A DNA stretch of 64,000 nt from Utricularia gibba (lineage: Eukaryota; Plantae; Magnoliophyta), in assembly GCA_002189035.1 (NCBI GenBank), contig CM007990.1:4712001-4776000 (forward strand), given 5' to 3'. A program made the position numbers and the translations under genes. Below, piece after piece: positions 49,391-61,147 of the stretch; the first letter of the stretch is position 1; each line of letters begins with the position of its first letter. The notes under the pieces were generated by a model that worked only from the letters and a program-made list of their open reading frames with translations, was not told where the DNA came from and made no database searches.

Positions 49391-52300
49391 CTAACAGTTA
49401 TCGTACTCTTCTGCAATGATCAACACAATTAATGATGTCCATCCAGTGAAGAGCCGAGCACCTTTACCCTTCCCATTCTTCTGGTCATACTGTTCCCACA
49501 AGTACCCAGTTTGGTTGAAGTTCTTTGCCACATTTCTGCCACGAAACCAAAAACCAGGTAAACATTGCTTAAGAGTAAACACTTGTTAATGAGGATATAC
49601 TACCTAATCAAGTTGCTCCTCAGGTCCTTGTAGATGATCCCAGCACGTTCTTGGTACGGTCCGGCCTCTGCATCAAAGTTAAACCCCAGGAATGAGCGCA
49701 AACTTGTGGAGGCCCCCTTGAGAAACATGTTACATACCCTTGGAGTAGTAATTAAGCGAAGAAAGAATCATGTAGTTCATGTTCATCCAGATTGCGCCTC
49801 TCCAGTAAGGTGGGTCATGTTCAGTATTTCGTTGCATATACACAGAACTGCCAATTGAAAAGCAATCGTGAAACACACACACTATTTTAGAGCATCATTG
49901 GGGATCTGGGATGCCGGCCCCAAAGTTATTTAAGGGTTGTAAGGCATCAGCCAACATGAGTTTTCTTCTTACCTTGTTTTGGAAAGAGATCTGATTCCAA
50001 ACTTTGTCCAAAGAATGCTCTTGTTTGAGATAATATCAAGCTGCTTTTCTAATACCACAGAATCCTACATAGGTTGGAATTCAAACAAAACAATATATCA
50101 AGAGAAACAGAACTGCCGCATAACAAAAACTTGTAGAAAACATTCTGAATGAACTCACAGGTTTGATTAGCCTACTTATGAAGGGGAAAAGGCTGACATA
50201 GCCAATATGGGGAACCAAACTTGGAGATGGTTTCTCCAAAACTTCTCTTACAAGTTCACGATTTGGGTAACTTCCAGGTGATTCTAAAATCCGCCAACTT
50301 AGACGAACCTATGAAAAGAAATCTCTTGCATTCATCTGATGAGCCATCATGACAGAATGATGCTTTCTTGGAAGCGCGGCAGGACATTCACAAGTTTTAA
50401 AAAAGTGATCAATACCTTTTCTGTGTGATTTCCATAATCAAAGTAGGTTCCAACATTATGATCTAAATGCATCTGCAAGAACAAAAAAGAAGCATCTGTT
50501 TAACGGTTCACATGGCAACCGCATACAGAAGAAGAAATTACATCACCTGATTTAAAAGCTCAAAATCTGAGAGAAATCTTGCTGTTGAGATATACGCCTG
50601 TGGAGCAAACCATTTCAAAATAAAATGAAAATATTCATTCGAGAAGTTTAACTAAAAAGCCTGAGATGTACCTTCCCCACATGACTTTCCTCGAGTATTT
50701 CGGAAATAAAACTCATGCAATCTGCAGCAAGAAACATCCAACATCTAAGATCCAAGTGGCGCTCGTCCTCACTGGGTGTGATGCCCGAGGATAATCATCC
50801 AATCCAGAAGACAATGTCTGTGCATGTCAAACATGGCCATGTAATACACACTTGCTGATTATTTTAGAAAGAATCTAGCATGCTCCATGGCATATCCTAA
50901 TAAGAGGAAAGAATCATGAAGCCTCGGTACCCACAGAAAACCCCAAAGCTATGTCGTAGAGGCTGAAAGTATGATAGGTGGAAGGGAAAGTAATTGGAAA
51001 CCTTTGGATTCAGTTCACGTGTTGTTGCATCATCTCTGCCATGCCAATAATAGGTGCTAGCATCTTTTCCTGTAAATGGAAAATCAAACGCTAGGATATC
51101 AACTTCCAGGATAAGTGCTGTTGAGGTTCTGCCCACCAGTAAAAGGGTCAACAAGTTTCCTCACCACATTGAGTGGTATTAAACCATTTAAACCATGCAT
51201 CAAGGCGCACAAATGATTGTTTAAGGAAAATGGAGACGCTCTTTCTTTCTGAAGCACTGAGTGTGTTCTTCTTCATGGCGCATACCATATCTGAAGAAAA
51301 GATAGAAGAAACGCCATGCTTAATGATATTTCTAGGAGACAAAGGATACACATTTATATGTGATTTTCGAAATGTGATAAAGCATACAGCTTGTTCGGGT
51401 AATAAGCAGTAGGAAATAATATATGATGTGTGATACCATGATTTTAGTCGATAGAAAAAAAATGTAAATTCCCACAAGGCTTGTAGAAACCTATCTTACA
51501 TGTTTTTTGGTGAGGTGAAAGGGGATTGAAAGGATCCAACATGAAATAAACCCTTTGAAGGTAGGAACCCAAAAACAAAAAATACTAATCTAAGACATAT
51601 ATAAACGATAGAAATTGCCTCAAAGTTTACCTCGTAGAGGCAAAAATAATGTAGGTGGGTTTCCGTTACTTGAATGCTGAAGCACAAACTCTGCAGGTAC
51701 CTTGCTGAATGCATAGAGGAAAAGAGATAAAATCTTGCTATTCAGATTCTGGAGGAATTGACAGCTCACCTCAAAGCTTCAGCACCTAAAATTTTCTCTC
51801 TTGGTATCCACCCATCAGCGTTCATCAGATCCAACCAATGTCCGATGATATCCAGAGAAATATTCAGATCCCATCGCCTGTTAAAGAATGTGAAGTTCAA
51901 ACCAAAAATCAAAGTGACTTGGGAGCAGCCACTATACAATCTACTAAACTCAGCAGAAATAATAATAAGAAAAGGAAAAAAACTCCAAGTACATTTGCTG
52001 CAGGCTCACCATATGATTAGCTGGTGAAAACCCTCATCCCACAGGAATCCCCTTGGAAAAAAGGGCCGACTTGGCACAGCTGTGTAGAGCTCAGCTGGCC
52101 AATACATCATGTAATTCCCGCCAGGAACAGACTGCATATCAAAACAAGATGTTGCGATATTTTTAAGTTACATTTTCATGGATATGTTGCTGTAATTTAC
52201 CAGAAAATATGAGGAAAAATTAATGTAAAAAACTTACCTTAGAGGATTTGGGATGCGCAATTTTGGACTGGCCATAAAAATATCCTATCCCTCCCAATAA

Positions 52301-54963
52301 GTTCCTAGAGCTGCTCTCCCAACTGCAACAGCTTGATCATCATGCTGAAAGATTCGCCCCAAACATAAGTGCATCGAAAAATGCAAGGCTCTATGCTCCA
52401 GGAGAAATGGAAATAAAAATGACATAATTGTAAAATTAAAGAGGGTATTACTACATAGATGATAATGCAAAGTAAAACAAAAATCCATCAAATTACTTCA
52501 TCAAACATGTTAAAGGTTCTTCGAAATTTGTCTTCAAATTGCTTTTGCTTTTGCTCAAAATGACTAGTCAAAGAATCACCTGGAAAACGCAGCAGTGCAA
52601 ATGTCATAAGAAGGATATGTTTCTTGAAAATTGATAGGCATTCATTAACATGACTGCTAGGATAAACCCAATTTTATTTTCCCCTTGAGAACAGATGACA
52701 CAAAAAAGGTTCATGAAGAAAGCTACGCCTCAGGCAATTCTGAAAGTTCACAAAGAAGAATGGGAATTTCTCTTGATTAACCCATGTAAAATTATCCGTT
52801 TCATGCAAAAAGTAAGGGCAAGATGCGCAGAAATACCAATAAGGTCTCTCAGGCGTTCTCCAGCGCTTGAATTTGAACTGCTTGTTTTTGACAAAAAAGC
52901 AATATCTACTTGGAATGGAGCCAACGCAGAGATCTGAATATTAAAAACAGGCTTAGCCAATAAAATGGGATGGAAAACATCTGAACTTTGATGATGTTAG
53001 TTCCAGGACAAATGATATAATGACATTTTAATATACCTGGAAAATCAGAATATTTGATGCATGATCGATGGTATCAGAAAGTTGTAACCTGGCAGTCTTT
53101 CTAGCCTGAACAACACAAAGGGAATTGAGTTATGACTACAATTTTAAAGCGCACTTTGAATTTTAAAGAGAAAGTTCGAAGCACAAAAACTGTAGATGAA
53201 AAAAAAATATACCTGAGTTCCAAGATTAGCTAGGACAAGATCAGATAAATTGTGAATATGGCTGGTTTTATAGCCAGCGTAATGGAAGTTAAACTCATCC
53301 TAAGAAATACAGATCATACATCAGATATCTCGTTAGCAAACAAAACTCATAAATTCATGACTGGAATAGAGTATAGAATTTGAAATGAATCTCGTTATGC
53401 ATGAAAGTACGACATTGGGAGAATTGATGGCAATAAACAAATTCAAAACCGATATCCACTGTCACTAATAGAATATCAACATGCAACGTCTCGCAATGCC
53501 TCCTCAACATATATGTAACTGCTTCAGATGGACATTTATACCTACCTTTGATTCTAAATGAACCTCCCAATCACCAACATCACTTCGAGAACCAAATGCC
53601 AAAAGGTGGTCTTGGGGAATGCTCCCCAGATTTAGAGAATTTCCACCTTCATCAGCCAAGTAAAAGAACATGTGCACCACTTTAGCATCATCACCAGCTC
53701 TGCAAGAATCATCAAGGCCAATTAGTACTTATTCTAAGAAAATCATTACACAGACCAAACTAGAAACTAAACGAAATCATGGAATATTTTTTAAGTAGAG
53801 CAAAAACTGATATTAGAGGGAAATAACACGCATTGAAAAATTCAACAGAAGCTAGTATTAACTAGCTCGGTGACTCCCCAAGAAATACCACCACCTCTAG
53901 TTTCTTCAGATTTTTTTGACAGAAGCAATGTATCAGCATTTAGAAAAATGAAGTGCTACATTCTTTACAAAAGCATAAATATAGACCAGAAATTACTCTT
54001 CAACTTGACCTTCAATCCGAGCTGCCCAATCCCCTCCGTACCCACTCTCTTTTCCCATCAATTTCAAGAAACTTGTGTTCAGTCTCAAATTTTGGTCAAC
54101 TAATAACTGATGCCCGTAATCTCTCCCGTTGTGCTCCACCCAACCATACATATCGAGCCCATCAGAATCTTGGCATACATGACGCATGACATATCTCCCA
54201 TCCTTCACATTGAGCCACATTAAACCAGCTAGGAGTGACTCTGCAGTCCTGCTCATATCAATTGCATATAAAACAATCGCTTGATAGAAGAGTCCCAGAC
54301 TCTGGACAGAGGAAGATCATGCTGCAGTCAGGAGATACCAACCCACATTTTTTCACATCCATATAAAGACAGGCAAATAAGATCACATCACGTCAAGATC
54401 ACCAAAAAAACTATATGAAGCTTCATAATCAAATTAATAAAAAAAAAAGACCCAACAAGGATCATAGGGCAACCAGGAGACACAAAAGATTGGAAGGGGA
54501 GTCTTAACCGAAGCCAAGATGGAAGGACGCAGGAGCATGCATTTACCTTGCCCGAACTCCGAAATAAACATGAGGTCGGTATGTTCCCCAATACAAACTC
54601 TCCTTGTGCTCCCCTTGGAACTATGCATCCCAAAAAAAGGGACAAATAAAAAATCTAAGGAACGAGAAAACAACAGCCTATTACCACTGCAATGTAATTT
54701 ACCAATGAAAGATCCATGAGCTTGGTCGCAGGCAGAGGAGTAACTACTCTGGGTTTAGGATCCTCCACATGGTTCGCCAAATATTTCGCGATAAATAATC
54801 CGGTCACGAGAACCCCTAATAATAAAAATAAAATCTTGAGATAGAAACGCAGGTCCCTGCTGACTCTGCGGCGACTATCACTTTGTTTTCGAGCAATCGG
54901 TGCAGCAGAATGCGATGATGGCTCAGACCTTCCGCGCGCATTTCTCCTAGAAACCTGGGCCAT
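49391..54963 (-). CDS. GCS1: Mannosyl-oligosaccharide glucosidase (ER glucosidase I, GH63), about 20 exons
   Basis: Type II membrane N-terminus; [37 protein letters not shown]; C-terminal [22 protein letters not shown]. Confidence 0.92.
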
Positions 54964-55964
54964 TTCGCGCAGCGGGTGATCTTGTTACTACCTAAATGTA
55001 GCTGAGGTTCTCAACTTCCACTGACCTGCAATATTTTAAGATCCTAGAGAAAGGAATATACTGAAAAAACGAAACGATTGCGATCCAAAATCCGAGTGGG
55101 AAAATAATGTACTGAAAAACTAGACACTCACATAGTTCAGGTCATTCAGGATGTCAACTGAAACAAACGACGGCTTCTTATCCAGGGAATCGGGCTTCCC
55201 GGATGATCATTGCTCCTTCCGGCGAAGCACAGAAACAAAAAAATAAATGCGCGAGGGAACTGCGACTCGCGCGGAGTGGGCTTCCGAATCCGCGTGCTGA
55301 GTAAAATCGATGCACTGGGCTGCTATCGTCAAGAACAAGGTGGGACTTTTTGTTTAAGGTGATGGATTTTTTTGACTGACTGAGTCCTCACCACTGGGCA
55401 CCGGGCCTTGGGTAATGCACATCAGCCCATATTATGTTTGTATTGGATAGGTCAACGGCTACTGAGATAATTCTCTTGTATATGCATCTGCTCAGCTTTG
55501 GTGGATCATCTGAGTTGCAAGCTTCAATCTTTGTTGGGGCTCAAAGAAAATGTTGATTTACATCAAACTGAACAAGAATCTGACCCCTGAGAAAGGATCC
55601 TTTGATTAGTTATCGAGCACAGGAATTGAAAACTTGGTTTTAAACATTTTCTTCCATTATCAATCTACAAAGGATGAAGCATCGGAATGAAATGTATCTT
55701 CAACAACTGTTCTAGTTTTGTTGGGTCTGGCAAACCTTTCTCAGCCTTTTGGTTAAGATCAAGTGTAGTTTTGTTGGGTCTGGCGTGGCTCCAACTTGCA
55801 AAGGAAAAATATATACATTTCCGCATTATAATTTTCACGGTTTCACCTGTGTGGGTGTTATCTAAAAGTCAGAAACTCAGCTGCAGATGAAAGAGAAGTC
55901 ACGCCTATTCAGATGATTTGATTAAATGCATCGACGCATTGAGTGATAGTAGGAGTCTGCAGTG

Positions 55965-58900
55965 ATGAAGTTGACACCGAGGGAGACCGACAAGCTGATA
56001 CTCCACAATGCTGGAGAGTTAGCACAGAAGCGTTTAGCACGTGGGCTGAGGCTGAATCACGCTGAAGCCGTCGCACTTGTAGCAACGCAGGTGGTTGTGT
56101 TTCCCTTTCACTGATTTTGAACGATGTTGGGATTGAAAATTTTGATATGGGTTATCGACTTGTTTCGCAAAACGTTGTAAAGGTTTGATTTTGATGAGGA
56201 GTTGACAAATGGGTCTTTACTTTCATGTTTGATGCATCAGTTATATACAACAACTGTACCTTGATCATTAATGCAATTTCACTGAGCGGTATTTGCTGGA
56301 ACTTTTAATGTTGAATAGATCCTGGAGTTCGTCCGGGATGGCGATAAGAGCGTGGCTGAACTGATGGATCTTGGGAGGCAGTTGCTGGGAAGGTAACTAA
56401 GGTTTTATTTTTTAAGTTGATGTTGCAAATAGGTCTGTAGCTTACGACTGTGCATATGGTTCTCAGTTATAAAATGTGATAATGAAGTACGTTATTTTTG
56501 GCTTAACTCTGAGGAAAATAGAGACGAGTCTTCCAAATTTGCAACTGGGATTATTATGAAGCCACTTTTATGGCAGTTGCATATGTTTTCTGGGAACTCA
56601 TGTGACTACCGATCCTCAAATTATGTTTCACATGTTTTTAGGAGACAAGTGCTTCCTTCTGTTCCTTACCTCTTGCATACTGTTCAGGTATTTTTCTACT
56701 TGTAACCCGGGATCTTCTATGTCATCAGTTTTTAAAATCATGTTTCAGCAAACTGATGCAATCTGTTAATCTCCAATAGGTTGAAGGGACTTTCCCAGAT
56801 GGTACAAAATTAATCACCGTGCATGATCCTATATCTTGTGAAAATGGAAATCTCGAGTTAGCATTGCATGGATCGTTTCTTCCAGGTAAGGCCCTGATTA
56901 CATAGCCTATTTTTTCATTGGACTCGACAGGACATGAGATTTTCCTTTCGTCCTTTTTTTTGTACGAGTGAGTTTTTAGAAATAAAGTGGTCTGACTACC
57001 AAATTAATGGAGCAAAAGCGACACGACTTAACTCCTGGGAAAGTGTTACCCCGGAGTATTGATCAATATAATTTTTTTTTTTTATCCTTGCAGTTCCTTC
57101 TCTGGACATGTTCCCTGCTGTTGAAATTTGTAAGGTTCCTGGAGAGCTGATATTTGAACCAGTACTGGGACGTATTACGATTAATTTAGGGAGGAAAAGT
57201 ATAGTCCTCAGAGTAGCCAATGTTGGAGACAGGCCTATTCAGGTACTCCAGCTTTCTTGTTTTCCATCCATGAAAAACCATTTTATGGCCACTCTACTCG
57301 GAACAGATGTAACCTTGATTCACAATTTTCAGGTTGGGAGTCATTATCATTTCATTGAAGTTAACCCCAGCTTGGTTTTTGACAGAAGTAAGGCGTATGG
57401 CATGCGTCTAAATATACCTGCAGGAACAGCCACACGTTTTGAGGTTTTGATTGTCATGGTCCTCGGTGGACTTATTATATTTTATGCACAACACTTTTAT
57501 ATTTCAGTACCTGAAGTAGAGCTCACGAAGCTGGCTGCACATATGGTGTTGTTTCTGGCTATTTGCAAGCACCGGGAATTATTTGTTTTTTCATGTAACA
57601 TAGTTCCTTAAGGTGGCGTATACCTTACTTTAGAGTGTTTTTATCCTTATTTGGTTAACTTCATGTAGTAAAATGCACCAAATTGTTTTACTGTATATGC
57701 TTTCTGGCAACCTAGACATGGGTGTTTTACTGTATTATCTTATCAGCCAGGGGACTCGAAAAGTGTTACGCTTGTCCAAATTGGAGGCCAACAGGTAATA
57801 TCTGGGGGAAATAATTTGGCTGATGGCCCTGTGGGTGATGCCAAACTAAGGGAGGTGATTAAAGCTGTACATGATGGAAAGTATGGCTTTTTGGAGGAGG
57901 AAACCGCTAGGTCTGATAATTTTTGGTTCTCTCTATATTTTTATACCACAGAGTTTGCTATTCTTGAGAAGTGCCTGATCTTCACTTGACTTGATTATAC
58001 AGGGAATTTACCATTGAAGAAGGGTCTCCTTTTTCATACTCAATGTCCCACGAAACCTATGCTAACATGTATGGACCTACAACTGGTGATAAAATCCGCC
58101 TTGGGGACACAGACTTGATAGCAGAAATTGAAAAGGATTTCACTGTTTATGGGGATGAATGTATATTTGGAGGAGGAAAGGTCCTCCGTGATGGAATGGG
58201 ACAGGCTTGTGGTTATCACGCTTCTGATTGTTTAGAAACTGTGATAACAAATGCTGTGATAATTGACTACACAGGAATATATAAGGCTGATATCGGCATT
58301 AAAGATGGTTATATTACTGGTATTGGGAAAGCAGGCAACCCAGATGTCATGAATGGAGTGTCATCTGGAATGATTATAGGAGTGAGTCCTGGATTTTAGA
58401 ACTTGTACAATTGAGTTAAGTCATATGCTTATAGCTCAAACATTAAGCTTTAAGATTTATATGCATTTATCTTGCCAGCTAAATACTGAGGTTATTGCTG
58501 GGGAAGGACTTATTGTTACTGCTGGAGCTATTGACTGTCATGTACATTTTATATGCCCTCAGTTAGCTGAGGAGGCAATAACAAGTGGTAGGTTTTCTCG
58601 ACTCTCAGCAACTATTTCAGTCGCTTCCTATTTTGTATACTTCAGTTTAAGAAAAAAATGAATTCATAGGCATCACTACATTGGTTGGAGGGGGTACTGG
58701 ACCTGCTGATGGCACTCGGGCAACTACATGTACTCCTGGACCATTTCATATGAAACTAATGCTGCAATCAACAGATGATTTGCCCCTTAATTTTGGTTTC
58801 ACTGGAAAGGTTTGCGTTACATTATATGAACATGGCCCAACCTCCTGCAGATTATTGATTTCTATCTGCAGTGCACATTTTGGCTGTTAAAATCGCTTCC

Positions 58901-60718
58901 TTTAGCTTTGCACTGCTCTTTCCTGTACTCTTATGGGAAACAAGCTCAGCAAATTCTCTTATATATTCAAGGGAAATACTTCCAAAGAAGAGGGCCTGCA
59001 TGAAATTATTGTAGCTGGAGCTATGGGATTAAAGCTTCATGAAGACTGGGGAACTACCCCTGCTGCAATAGATTGTTGCTTGTCGGTTGCAGACATATAT
59101 GACGTTCAGGTAGTAATCTGTCTTGGAACTAACTGATTAATACTTAGAATCCATCGGCCTTAATGGGGCAGATGAAAAATTAATCTTGTAGGTTAACATC
59201 CACACTGACACGTTGAATGAATCTGGATTTGTGGAGCATACTATTGCTGCATTCAAGGACAGGACAATTCATACTTACCACAGGTATGATTGCAATGCCT
59301 ATTTTTGTTCTGGCTTCTCACTGCAATTGTTGTTAGCATGACAGTCCTCTATACCCCAATGTGTTGTTCCTGCTGCAGTGAAGGTGCTGGTGGTGGTCAT
59401 GCACCTGATATTATTAAAGTTTGTGGTGTTAAAAATGTCCTTCCTTCTTCAACTAATCCAACACGCCCTTTCACATCTAATACCGTAGATGAGCACCTCG
59501 ACATGCTGGTAAGTGTGATAAATCACTCTGCTCATATTTGAGCCATGATGAGCAAGTATTCTCTGTTCTCAACAGTGATGAGCCATCTTTCAGATGGTGT
59601 GCCATCACCTTGACAAGGATATAAAAGAGGATGTTGCTTTTGCGGAGTCTAGAATTCGTGCTGAAACCATAGCTGCTGAAGATATTTTGCATGATATGGG
59701 AGCCATAAGTATCATATCTTCTGATTCACAAGCCATGGGTCGCATTGGGGAGGTAATCTTTTCATAGTTCAGTTTCTGAATGTAGGATCCTCTTTTCTTC
59801 TAAGCCACCGTTGCCAACTTTTTGACTTCTGATATGTTTCACTCCACAGGTAATATGCAGAACTTGGCAAACTGCCCATAAGATGAAGTTATTTAGAGGT
59901 CCACTGGAAAGCAGTGCACCAGGAAATGACAATTTGCGTATCAAGAGATATATAGCAAAATATACAATTAATCCTGCTATAACTTGCGGTTTCTCCGAAT
60001 ACGTTGGATCTATTGAGGTATGCTGCATCTTCAACGAATTCATGTAATGAACAATGTTATATTGAGACGGTAAGCAACTGTAAAGAGTGAAATTTGGATG
60101 TGCTACCTGGTGCAGGTGGGCAAGCTGGCTGATCTTGTTTTATGGAAGCCTTCGTTTTTTGGAGCAAAACCTGAGATGGTGATAAAGGGTGGAACAATTG
60201 CATGGTCTGATATGGGTGATCCAAACGCAAGCATCCCTACACCTGAACCAGTAATTCTAATGAAACTATGATATCTCAGGTTTTCTGGCATCCGAGAAAT
60301 GTAAAACCTTCATGTTTGACTTGAATTTGCTGCAGGTGAAGATGAGGCCCATGTTTGGAGCATTTTGTAGAGCTGGAAGTAATAACTCATTTGCATTTGT
60401 GAGCAAGGTACGTCTGCAAAATGCAAAGATATATGCATACAAATAGTAGATGGTGAGGTCCTGTCTTGTTCATGAGCATTTTTTCTTACCATGCAGGCTG
60501 CCGTTGATTCTGGCATAAAACAACAATATCAACTTAACAAGCGTGTCGTGGCCGTGGGCAACGTGAGGAAGCTCACAAAGCTGGACATGAAGCTCAATGA
60601 TGCCCTTCCACAAATCACTGTTGATCCAGAGACATACATCGTTACAGCAGATGGTCATGTTCTGTCTTGCTCAGCTGCCTCCACGGTTCCTCTTTCTCGT
60701 AACTATTTTCTCTTCTGA
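55965..60718 (+). CDS. URE: Urease (fused plant type), multi-exon, catalytic motifs intact
   Basis: [95 protein letters not shown]; ends LSRNYFLF. Confidence 0.97.
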
Positions 60719-61147
60719 GACCCTTCAAAGTAGAGTGCCGTTTCTCCCCTGATCATCACAGCACAGTACAATGAATAATAATGCTTATCCTGTTATGGAA
60801 TATCATTGTTTCCAGAACATGTAGAACATTGTCAAATGTCAATAAACTGATTCAAGATATGCATGCTACAGAAACAACAAATGAGGGACGAAACGTTACA
60901 GAAAAAAATGGTAACCTAATGAATTATATATACGTGACAGTTTCTTCCTGCTTATGTAAGTGCAGTGGCTGCCTGATACATGCAAGTTTCAGTTAAATTC
61001 AGAATAGAGATGATGCCGTGCGTTCTTGATTCCTCGAGGGAAATGGTTTCCCTAGTTATGTGTTCCATATACAGCCGAGACGGATATACAGTAGAGATCG
61101 GAATCACCAAGCTAAGAACGGTTCCACGAGGCTCCTAACTTCGTGAT

